Origin: Polymyxa betae A26-41
Lineage: Eukaryota; Protista; Endomyxa: Phytomyxea
Reading direction: 5' to 3'
NCBI GenBank assembly: GCA_003693705.1
Contig: RBZT01000315.1
Location: 1-32,481, forward strand
Length of the DNA: 32,481 nucleotides
This document shows positions 1-8,688 of the stretch, one piece after another (the stretch's first letter is position 1; each line of letters starts with the position of its first letter). The notes under the pieces are model-generated. The model was not told where the DNA came from. It searched no databases and saw only the letters and a program-made list of their open reading frames with translations. The position numbers and the translations under genes are program-made.

Positions 1-222
1 TGTCATGCCCCGACGTTCGCGTACCCGATCTGGTTGCCATTTAGGTGTACCTGTTTGCTCACTGATCTTCCTCATATAGGTATATAGAAATACAATTGTT
101 GATGTGTACCTTTGGAGATCATACTTTTATCATTATTATTCATGTTTCGTTTCGAACAATACACGGCCTTAGTTCCGCTCTGTTTATGTCTCATACCCTA
201 GTAGTCATTCTCTGGCATTACA
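1..222 (+). mobile_element. LTR of an LTR retrotransposon (element A, probable 5' LTR)
   Basis: Begins TGTCATGCC and ends GGCATTACA (8/9 inverted termini, TG...CA). Contains an internal TATA-like tract (~74-92) and AATACA. Followed by tctttTGGAGCGCG (PBS-like position) and an ATG at 248. Confidence 0.7.
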
Positions 223-247
223 TCTTTTTGGAGCGCGCGAGTTCATT

Positions 248-446
248 ATGGCTTCGGAAGATAATAACTCCTCGGTGCAGGATCCGTCCTCACCTCATTC
301 TTCGGCGAATGCCAGACTCGAGGCGTCTCTTCGGGAACTTGTTCAAAAGAATCCAGTCCGAACAGCAACGCCTAGCCTCAGTATCGGATCGGCTTTCTGA
401 GCCTCTTCAAAATTGTCATGAAGAACGATCTCACTTGGCCCAACGC
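248..446 (+). pseudogene. Truncated gag-like 5' fragment of element A
   Basis: ATG just downstream of the LTR/PBS reads MASEDNNSSVQDPSSPHSSANARLEASLRELVQK..., then a stop/frameshift and LFKIVMKNDLTWPNA. Assignment is from position rather than a diagnostic motif. Confidence 0.4.
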
Positions 447-499
447 AATTACGACTAAACAGTCGACGAGTTGGCGCCCAGCAAATCCTTCGAATCGAT

Positions 500-1520
500 C
501 GGTATATGGCGACTCTGGTCATGATTCCAACCGCCTTCGAAGTATATCTTCCGCACCACTTTGCCTCTCGAAGAAAACACTTACAACGTGCAGCATTGAG
601 TTTCAGGCGAAACTGGCGACCTAATTGCAAAATTGTTCGAAGAATGTGAAGCAAAGAACCCGGGTCCGGAGCGTGACCCAAGAGATCATTGATACAAATC
701 ACCAATTAACGGCACGACAAAGATGGCCGAAAAATTGTCCAAAACGTGTTGAAAAATAAAAACTGAATTAAAGTTACCCTGAGGAAAACGACTGGAAGAA
801 GATGGATTTAAAAAATCCGTAATCAAACTGAGCCAATTGCGAAAAAAGTTCCGATAAGATATCACGGTAGAGAGGAGGCATAGTGCGCGCACCACAAAGT
901 GTAGGTTTAGCGTCTGGGAGCAACTGAAGAACTGCAGGCTCAACAGCTACCGGAGGATCGGGGCCTAACTTAACGCGAAAAACATCGATGTAGTCGAAAT
1001 GCAGAATATTCAGTTCCTGAATAAAAGAAGGTGGAGCATGTAATGAGGCTGCAGCGACAGCGTCTTTCAAAGCATCCGACACTTCTGACTGGTCGAAGTC
1101 CCCGAAATGGAGATGTTCGGTATCACGGTCATCGAATGGTTGCGCAGCAGGAACGTTATCTGGTCTCACAGCAAGATCACACAGCTGCTGCTCGACGTCG
1201 ATACCCAGTGACAAGAATAACGGCCGACCAAGTAGGATATCAGGTAAAGTGATGTCAGCAATATACACTTGCTGACCCCGGACCAGCCGATGCATGAAGA
1301 TGCATATCGACGGAAGCAACGCGTGCTGCTACGGCCGGAGAACAGTCAGCTAGCTTGAAGGCCATTTCAACAGGCTCGGTGATGAGGCCGGAATCTGCAA
1401 TAGATTCCCAGACGTTGGATCCCATTAGAGTGATGTCGGCGCCGTCATCAAATGCGGCCGAAAACTCTAAAATCTTGGAATTGATCTCGAGTTGAACCGA
1501 TTGTAAACGCGCACCGTTAT
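500..1520 (-). pseudogene. Gypsy pol remnant: aspartic protease and internally deleted reverse transcriptase
   Basis: Protease motif EFSAAFDDGADITLMG and ILLGRPLFLSLGIDV. RT pieces DVFRVKLGPDPPVAVEP, RFPQGNFNSVFIFQ, CINDLLGHA (degenerate YxDD) and LKLNAARCKCFLREAKWCGR. Multiple frameshifts. Confidence 0.85.
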
Positions 1521-2769
1521 TTTCTCCATTCCGAATAATACAATCCCGAGAAACGTGATTGACGCGGGGAACGTCGGCTGTATGCGGATCAAAGGGAGAA
1601 TTCAGCGGAGTACTCGGGAACTTGAGGCTTATTCCAGTAGTCTTCAGAGGGTGATGAAGAAATATGCGAATCGGCGGAGACGCGATTAACGCGGGCACCA
1701 GTCGTGCTGATCCCGCTGGAGAAAGCGGTACCAGAGGCAGAATGGGACGAGTTCCCTGACGGAGACAGTAAGGGAGGCCGCGCCGAGGCCATGGAGGCAT
1801 GCGTAGGCGATGTAAAAGACCGATGCTGAGCAGTGCCCAGAGATGGGGTCACCGGAGCGGGGCCTGCGGATGAAGGTCCGGATCTCGAGCCCGGAGAAGA
1901 GACTGTAGAGCGGATGCGCGCAGTGAAATCACTCATAAGGCGCGCGGCCTCGTCCGGGATACAAGACGGGCAATCCCTGACGTGATGAGACTCCTTGCAG
2001 TGGAACAGCGTAACTGACGCGGTTCCCGGACAACAGGCGACGTAGACGGCCGAGTCGTGCCAAAGTGTGAAATCGCAGGAGGTGTCTCAGAGGTCGGGAC
2101 AGGATTAAAAATACGGAAGCTTCTTAGCGTCTCAATCCAAGTTTAGGCGGTTGCGGAGAGAGTTACGCAAAACTTCCGGATGCACAGCAGAACAACAGCG
2201 TCAATCTGTTTTGTCCGAAGGTCTGAGTGCGCCTCGAAGAGAGACGCCAGCCCATAGGAATCGATGATTGAGCGACACTGACCGAAAATGTCATGGACCG
2301 CATTGGATCATCATAATGAACAAAACGAAGAGATTTGAACAGCTGTTTGGAATCAACCCGTACAGCAACAGCTCCATCAACTTGCGACTTCAGAGATGAA
2401 TTTGCAGTTCATCATCAGGAACTACCGTATATTACGGCTGCTTATACCCCCAAGATGTACAAAGAGAGGCCACGGCTAGTATGGAAGGCGTATATACTGC
2501 TGATAATTTTGCCGAGGCAATTCAACTGCTCGAAATAAGCACGATTACGGCCTTCTTCGTTTCGAGACGAGTCGATCTATATATAGATTGTTATAAGTGG
2601 GGTAGAGTGTGGCGGCACCAAATGCTCTCGAAAGTCCTGTGGGCGTCGGGCGCCGTTAACGGGCGACTCTGTCCCGCTTAACAGGGCCATATGTAATGCC
2701 GACACCCTCGTTCGGCCAAGGTCGGTTGTGCGTCCGCCGTTTCGGCCTCATTCTGACTTTCGTGCCACC

Positions 2770-4074
2770 ATGGCTCGGGGAAAGATTCGCTAAACGATGG
2801 CTCAGAAGCTGCGAATTGTGCAGCAAGCGTATTCTGCCCCGTCCAGTACCAAGCGAACTGCTCGCGAATACAAGATACAGCCAACTCAGATTCGTAAATT
2901 AAAGCAAACGCAGGCTTCAATCAACGACAGCTAAATGGGCCGTTTCGTTAACCGCCCGGAGGGGAGCCAAGCCCAGCTACCTGATGTTTATTCTCATTTA
3001 ACCGAATTCTCTGATCAAATGAGATCGTAAGACCGGCCAGTTTCAGTCTCCATGTTGTGCCGGGAGGCTAAAGGTACCAACCACTGAACTGGTTTAGCAT
3101 GTTCTAATCGGTATCCAGATTCAGCGCCGAATTCGCTGCTGTAAACGACATGGCAGCCCGCCAGAGAATCTACCGCTTTGTCGCTCGAGAAACGATTGTC
3201 CAGCGCAGACGTACACACGTGGCCCAGAATACTCACCACTGCTCCATAATCATTGATGATTTCGTCAATTGTGTGAATGAGCACATCGACACAATGAAGG
3301 TACGTTATAAACCTGTATTATACCATGTCGTTGCTAAACCTTTGTTTTTGTCAGGTGAAGGCCTGCGCCTTTGTACTATTGACGAGACGAACGTCGATTT
3401 CGACTTGCCATCAACAATAACTCTCAGTCGTCGGGGAGAGCGTTCTGTCGGAATTGTCGGAAGTGGTAACAGCCAGCGGGCGACAGTTCTGCTTGGAGTT
3501 TCGCTATCTGGGGAGAAGTTGCCGCCGTTTATTGTCTTTGCTGGCAGGCTAAATGGGCGTGTTATCAGGGTGGTGACCGGTGACGTCGTCGGTCGCGGTA
3601 TCCAGCCGAAGTCGTCATGAGCGCTCAACCAAAAGCGTGAATCGATGAGCAGCTAATGTTGGAGTGGGTGGAGAGGGTTTGGCAGCCATGGATCATGCAG
3701 CGCCATCATCCGTATTCAATCTTGGTTATGGATAACTATAAGGCTAACCATATTTTTTGTTATTAACGACATTGCAACGCATGTATTTACAGGTTCATGT
3801 GATGTCGTCGGTTGTTAACAGACTCGCTGCTTTGGGAACCCATTCTGAATTCTTTGTCCCCGGCTATACGTCAAAGCTGCAAGTCCTCGATGTCGGAATC
3901 AATCGCCCGTTTAAAATATATATCGCCAACGAATTCACCGAGCACATGGTCCACAGCAATAACAGGCCGACACGGGCTATCGTCGCTCAATGGACTAAGA
4001 AGTCATCGGAGGCAATCATCATCGAAACCATCCTCAATACGTCGAGACATATAGGGATAAGATCCCACTTTTAG
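2770..4074 (+). pseudogene. pogo-type DD35D transposase (HTH + CENP-B-like HTH + DDE_1), inactivated
   Basis: N-terminal HTH TMAQKLRIVQQAY...TAREYKIQPTQIRK, then RPVSVSMLCREAK, QRRRTHVAQ, catalytic region TIDETNVDFD, RATVLLGVSLSGEKLPPFIVFAG and LVMDNYK|intron 3743-3792|VH...PGYTSKLQVLDVGINRPFK. There are 35 residues between the last two Asp after splicing. Several in-frame stops and frameshifts. Confidence 0.92.
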
Positions 4075-4083
4075 ATTACAGTT

Positions 4084-4521
4084 TTATTCCAAAATTGTAA
4101 TTTCATCCAATAAAACACATATAGCCATTCCAGAATTGCGATGGTTCAACTGTCTCTTGTGAGAGCTTTCACTGAGCGCGTACATTAAAACAACTTGTGC
4201 CTCCGATTGACGAAACTGTATTCAAGGCGAACGACACTACGGGGAAGGAACCCGACTCGACATCCTTCATTTCCGGCGTTGATAACATGCGCCGCAAACG
4301 CCTCTTCTGGAATGTTGTCGGGCCCTTGAACAAAACGTAGTGATTATGGCAAAACAATAGATGTGACGATATTTAAAGGATTGCTTACCATCAACGACAG
4401 CGAGTTTAAATCTCAATAGCGACCCTATTCCGACCTGCTCACCACAAACATCATGACGTTCACAACTGCGACCTTTCGATGATGCTGCTAGCCCGACGAC
4501 GAAAAGATCACCCACAGCCAT
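4084..4521 (-). pseudogene. Transposon-borne small protein, HIRAN-like with CxxHxxC cluster (one intron, one frameshift)
   Basis: Exon 1 is 4521-4389, a GTAAG...AG intron is 4388-4325, and exon 2 starts at 4324. Product: MAVGDLFVVGLAASSKGRSCERHDVCGEQVGIGSLLRFKLAVVDGPDNIPEEAFAAHVINAGNEGCRVGFLPRSVVRLEYSFVNR, frameshift near 4200, AQVVLMYALSESSHKRQLNHRNSGMAICVLLDEITILE*. The HIRAN call rests on the A.AV/H...VGFLPR motif only. Confidence 0.7.
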
Positions 4522-4960
4522 GATCAGTTAGCGATCAGATTATTGGGATGGCGATCGAGAGCTTCGATTACAGGCTCGAAAACTGCGCTCACGGATGTAC
4601 GAAAAATGGGTATGTATTGCCAAGGGGTTTATAAAGGCGTAAAATACGGTACTGAAACCTTCTTTTCGGCAAGTCCCATCTCATACACGCATAAAGTATA
4701 TTGGAGCGATGGTTCAATGCAATCGCGCATTGGGACGGCCGAATATTGGACCGAAGTCTCATTGGAAAGAGACGAATTAAGACGAGCAACGTCGGACTTG
4801 TACTGACTCCAGTCTTGAAGAAACGAGATGATAGACAGCCGATCATAAATAGAAAGCTTTAGTGGGGTGACGAGAGAAAACTGGAAAGGATTCATGTTGA
4901 GTAAAACAACAAAATTCACTGCTGAGTAATAAAAAGGAAAAACTCAAAAGACTGAAGTGA

Positions 4961-5091
4961 AGCAGAATTACGTTACACGTACCAGTAACGGAACCAAAAA
5001 ATGCGCGATGAAAGCAATGACCAAGCAAGAAGCTCAGTACTGCAGAATTATAGAAGACTTACATTACACGTAGCGGTATAACGGAACCAAA
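4961..5091. repeat. Imperfect tandem duplication in the Gypsy leader
   Basis: gcagaatta...ttacacgta...taacggaaccaaaa occurs at ~4962-5000 and ~5042-5092. Confidence 0.6.
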
Positions 5092-5177
5092 AGTGAAAAC
5101 AATAAACGAAAACGATGATGTGTTTTTGTCAAACAACAAAAACGGACGCCTCTGGAAGGAAACGTCGTATAGGCATA

Positions 5178-5455
5178 TGTGACAACTTTCCAGTTGACGT
5201 CGGGACGACGACACGAACCGCCAACTGCGGCTGTTCGGACGACGATAGAGACGAGAAGGAAAATACAGAGAGAATGGAAATTGAATGTATTATTGCGTAA
5301 AGGCCGTGGCGGCACCGTGGAATCAAGGAGACCGATGATTAGTGGGACCGCGATAGAACTCGTCAGAAGAACAAAATATAGAAAGATTTAAAGAAACGTT
5401 AGGAAGGGGATACGCAGTTTCACGAGCAGTAGGACGCAGTAAAATATGCGTCACA
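5178..5455 (-). mobile_element. Probable 5' LTR of Gypsy element B (278 bp)
   Basis: Perfect 6-bp inverted termini TGTGAC...GTCACA. AT-rich TATA-like tract and AATACA on the - strand. Lies ~280 bp upstream of the gag ATG. No canonical TGG PBS was seen. Confidence 0.55.
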
Positions 5456-5847
5456 TCTTCTCAAACATACAGTGCGACTCATCTTAATTCTACACGGTTG
5501 ATAGGCAGCCACAGAAATTTCATCTCCTGTTCCAAAAATTGTTCGACCTCACTAAACCCTCTGTAATTCAATAGATCTCGGCGTCCCCATCATCGAGACA
5601 GAAAGATTGTTTTTGTAATCGAAATCCCTACTCCAAGTCCCTTTTTAAATTTGTATGAGACTGGCAGCATTTGAAGTTTGTAAGGGAGGAAATGGAAGGT
5701 GCACAAAACTGCGCCACGCACTTTTACTTTTGAATAGCGCGAAAGTATTTTACAGTTGCGCAGTTTGTGAAACTCAATTGTCCGTAAAGCAGTTCTCTGG
5801 ATCGCATCGTTTCTTGATCCAAATCCAGAAGCTTGCAGGCTTTCACA

Positions 5848-6169
5848 AGAAAAAACTGCACATACTTACTCTTTCCAGGATCTGCAAAAGGACGTTCCCG
5901 TGGCGTTGAAAAGTGTTCCTGTACAGGAAATCCAAAAATTTGCTCGGAAGTGTTATCGCTACATGGACGCATATCGCGTCTGCGATGCAGGAGGGAATAA
6001 GTTAACTCCAGATCAAGTGGAGAAAGCCGTTAAGAAGTATCGGAGTCATCGCCGAATTCCAGTGCGAATTTTGAATGAGATCTTATTCTTCGCAAATTTG
6101 ATAATTGTAATAAAAAAGAATTTTTGTGAAATCGACGTATATTGTCCGGTAAAAATGCCAAATTTCTAA
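5848..6169 (+). pseudogene. C-terminal remnant of an IS630/Tc1/mariner-type transposase
   Basis: RKNCTY/SFQDLQKDVPVALKSVPVQEIQKFARKCYRYMDAYR...AVKKYRSHRRIP resembles, from recall, the conserved post-catalytic tail (R.MDAY...KKY.SHR) of a widespread eukaryotic Tc1-like transposase family. The catalytic part is absent. Confidence 0.7.
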
Positions 6170-6409
6170 AAGTGCGTACGCACTTTATTTGAAATCGAAT
6201 TGAAACAATTAGGGTTGGCCGTAAATTGGCCTGAAGTAGGATGAAACTGGTATGAACTGGTTGACACTAAAAACTCCGCGCACATTTTCATCCTGCTTTG
6301 ATATCAAAGTTGTTTAGCTGTAAAAACCAGGATGAAAGTTTTCGTCCCAGTTTCTCACGGAAAAAATTGTTCATACGTTTTGTTTTGCTTCTGCTTGTCG
6401 TTGCAATCG

Positions 6410-7171
6410 ATGGTTGTTCCCAAAGAGCAGGCGTCCGAAGCTGGCACCGGCCGGACTCTGATTACCAACATCATGGTATCGGAAATGACAAGATCGTATC
6501 GTTTTCACTTCGCCGCTTACTCGAAAGGTCGCAAGAAGGTTGTTCAACGCTTACCAAGACAAGTATGGGATGCAGTTTTCAAGGACGTTGCAGAACTAGA
6601 CGGCTTCCTGTTATGTAAAAGAGGATTCGTTGAAGAAACAACTCAAGGCCACACTCGGCGACATCGGCACCGGAGATGCTGACGATGGCAATAATGACCA
6701 AGCAGTTCTGCAAGATGACAACATTGTGGAGAAGCTGAAACAATCTGATAGTTACGCTTCACGAAACGTTCTGAACTTACGCGAGGATATTCTGTCAGGA
6801 ATGGCTAAAGCAAAGGCGACGTTCCCAAGAGCTCCATATAAAGCTGTTCTCGATCAACTCCCACAAAGTCGGATGCGTACTCTGCTGTACAGTCAATTGC
6901 CGACACTATGGAATTAATGCTTGCAGACAGAGTCCGCTTCTCCGAAAATTTTGAAGCTCTTCAGAAAAGGAAATTGGAAATCACAGAGCAGTCACTAGAT
7001 CTTAAACAAAAACGTTTGAAGTTCGATTGCGAATCGTTACAGTTGCGACTTGAGGTGGATCGCCAACGATTGAGCCTGGATCGAGATAAAGCGAAAGCAG
7101 AGCAGTTAATTCAACTGCACAACGCAGGCATCTTATCGAAAGATGAATTACTACAGAAAATGCATATTTAG
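6410..7171 (+). pseudogene. Harbinger accessory ORF (putative Myb/SANT-like DNA-binding N-terminus plus coiled-coil C-terminus), frameshifted
   Basis: Three overlapping frame segments: MVVPKEQ...RLPRQVWDAVFKDV, KKQLKATLGDIG... and MELMLADRVRF...QKRKLEITEQSLDLKQKRLKF...HNAGILSKDELLQKMHI*. It lies within the TIRs opposite the transposase, as expected for a Harbinger accessory gene. Confidence 0.7.
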
Positions 7172-7191
7172 CAGTTAAATAAAGTTTCATA

Positions 7192-8364
7192 TTATCCCCA
7201 GTTGAATGCGTATCCGTCTTCTTCGTTTTGTGGAAGCAACCCGAGCTCAGCGATATCGAAATCTTGGCGTCTCCGATGGATAAAATTTGTTAGTATCGCC
7301 GCCGCTGTAAACATGATCGAGAATTTCTTTTGCCTGTTGGGAGTGATTCCCAAGAACTTCTGATATCGATTCTTAAGTCCACCTATACCCCATTCAACTT
7401 GGATCCGAATACCTGCATGATGCTTGTTAAACGCTTCAATAACCTGGTTGGGAGGGTTGATCGCATTCTGTTCACGTCGATCTACTCGTCTGAGGATGTA
7501 CATATCGACTCCTAAATAACCTGGGTCGCCCAGCAGATATTCAAAGTAGTCGCCGTCGGCTGTCTGCGCTCGCGTAAATTTTTGACGCCAAGTACGATGT
7601 AATTCAGAATTTCTGAGACAGCGTCATGAAAGCTGCCGGCGTAGCCAGGATCAACGTAGATGAAAAGACCATCGTGATCAATCACAACGATATTGTTGAA
7701 AAAGTAGCCTCTCTTCCTTCGATTATAATAAAGTCCATGGTCATGACGTTCTGGACGACGGATTCTGCATAACGTTCCGTCCACGAACCCGATGCATCCA
7801 GGCATGGATGGTACTCTCAAGCCCAGCTCTCCTCTTCGTTCCGGATTGGGCCATTGAATTTCGTCTTTGAGGACTTGACTGATAGTACTTAGAACAAAAA
7901 ATGTGTCGTCAAATATTCCTGTGCGACTGTAATTCCAATGAATGGATTCATCACGCCCTTTTGAATTGTGATCAAGTAAAAAATTGCTGCAAGAACTCGT
8001 TCAGGACTTGAAAGTGTCGGAGGGCGTCCAGCACCACTTCTTCTCATTTCCCCAGTAGAACGTGCACACATTTCCAGAACAGGGCAAACGGAGGAGCACA
8101 GTTCTTCGAATTCGGCTAAAGAAAAGCCAACGTTCATACGAAAAACGCTTGCATGGGCACTTAACAGCGATCCCAACCGATCGGTCTTGGGGCGGTTCGG
8201 ATTGACGGAATAGTCAGCTCCCCGGCTTCAAAAATATTCACTACTGAAAGCGATGCTGCCAGAGCAGCACGAACGATCAGAAGATCGTATTCTTCCAGGG
8301 CGTCGACTAGGAAGAAATCGTCTTCAGAATCGGATGAGGAACTAGAATCCATTGCAAAATCCAT
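7192..8364 (-). pseudogene. Harbinger/HARBI1-like DDE transposase, frameshifted
   Basis: FRMNVGFSLAEFEEL, GRPPTLSSPERVL, GCIGFVDGT (D1), YYNRRKRGY, GYAGSFHD, YLLGDPGY (D2) and FNKHHAGIRIQVEWGIGGLKNRY (E). At least three frameshifts. Confidence 0.93.
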
Positions 8365-8631
8365 GAATTTTACGTATTTTATTTGCGAAGTGGGATGAAC
8401 CACAGAACTAGGACGAATAATTTGCGGTCAAACTTTTTCACGGAAACGGGACGAATTTGTGCGTAAAGCAGGATGAATTTACGGCCAACCCTATTGTGTG
8501 GAACTTTTTGAAAATTTTGATGAGGCGCCGTGGCGCCCGCGCGATGAGCACCGAGGACACGATTATTTATTTTCTATTATTCACGAGAAATTCAAGGACA
8601 CAAACACAGAGGGCACCCAATACCCCAAGAG

Positions 8632-8688
8632 AAACGCCTCATTCAATATAGGACTTAGTATTGGGACTTAGTATTGAATGGGGCGTTT
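8632..8688. repeat. 17-bp inverted repeat enclosing a 13-bp tandem repeat
   Basis: aaacgcctcattcaata (8632-8648) pairs with tattgaatggggcgttt (8672-8688) with 1 mismatch. ggacttagtattg occurs twice (8651-8676). Confidence 0.75.

Larger units (their letters stand above)
2425..4649 (+). mobile_element. pogo/Fot-like (Tc1/mariner superfamily) DNA transposon with two convergent genes
   Basis: TA on both flanks (2423-2424, 4650-4651). Imperfect 26-bp TIRs CCGTATATTACGGCTGCTTATACCCC (2425-2450) and the reverse complement of 4624-4649, CCGTATTTTACGCCTTTATAAACCCC (20/26 identical). Excision restores the host gag frame. Confidence 0.9.
1590..4895 (-). pseudogene. Gypsy gag, split by the pogo-like element at TA 2423-2424/4650-4651
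   Basis: MNPFQFSLVTPLKLSIYDRLSIISFLQDWSQY...CVYEMGLAEKKVSV joins in frame to VPDDELQIH when 2425-4651 is removed. It continues with frameshifts through VDSKQLFKSLRF..NAVHDIFGQ to a C(F)HCKESHHVRDCP zinc knuckle. Confidence 0.8.
447..5455 (-). mobile_element. Degenerate Ty3/Gypsy LTR retrotransposon (element B), 3'-truncated and interrupted by a DNA transposon
   Basis: Order on the - strand: LTR (5455-5178), leader, gag from 4895, zinc knuckle (~2010-1965), aspartic protease (~1480-1420), RT remnants (~1000-540). Protease followed directly by RT is the Gypsy order. The left boundary is approximate. Confidence 0.85.
6211..8492 (-). mobile_element. PIF/Harbinger-superfamily DNA transposon, full length (2282 bp), two convergent ORFs
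   Basis: Perfect 17-bp TIRs AGGGTTGGCCGTAAATT (6211-6227; reverse complement 8476-8492) flanked by ATT on both sides (6208-6210, 8493-8495). Contains a DDE_Tnp_4-type transposase and a second ORF. Confidence 0.93.

Noticed and set aside
447-520. AIYRSIRRICWAPT as a possible integrase Zn-finger remnant
   Set aside because: Too short and degenerate, with no HHCC residues in register.
440-2306. Apparent internal inversion of one retroelement (WPNA at 440-446 on + seeming to continue as NAVHD at 2306 on -)
   Set aside because: The - strand gag continues past 2306 up to 4895 across the pogo insertion and has its own LTR, so two elements explain the data better. The 7-bp match is likely chance.
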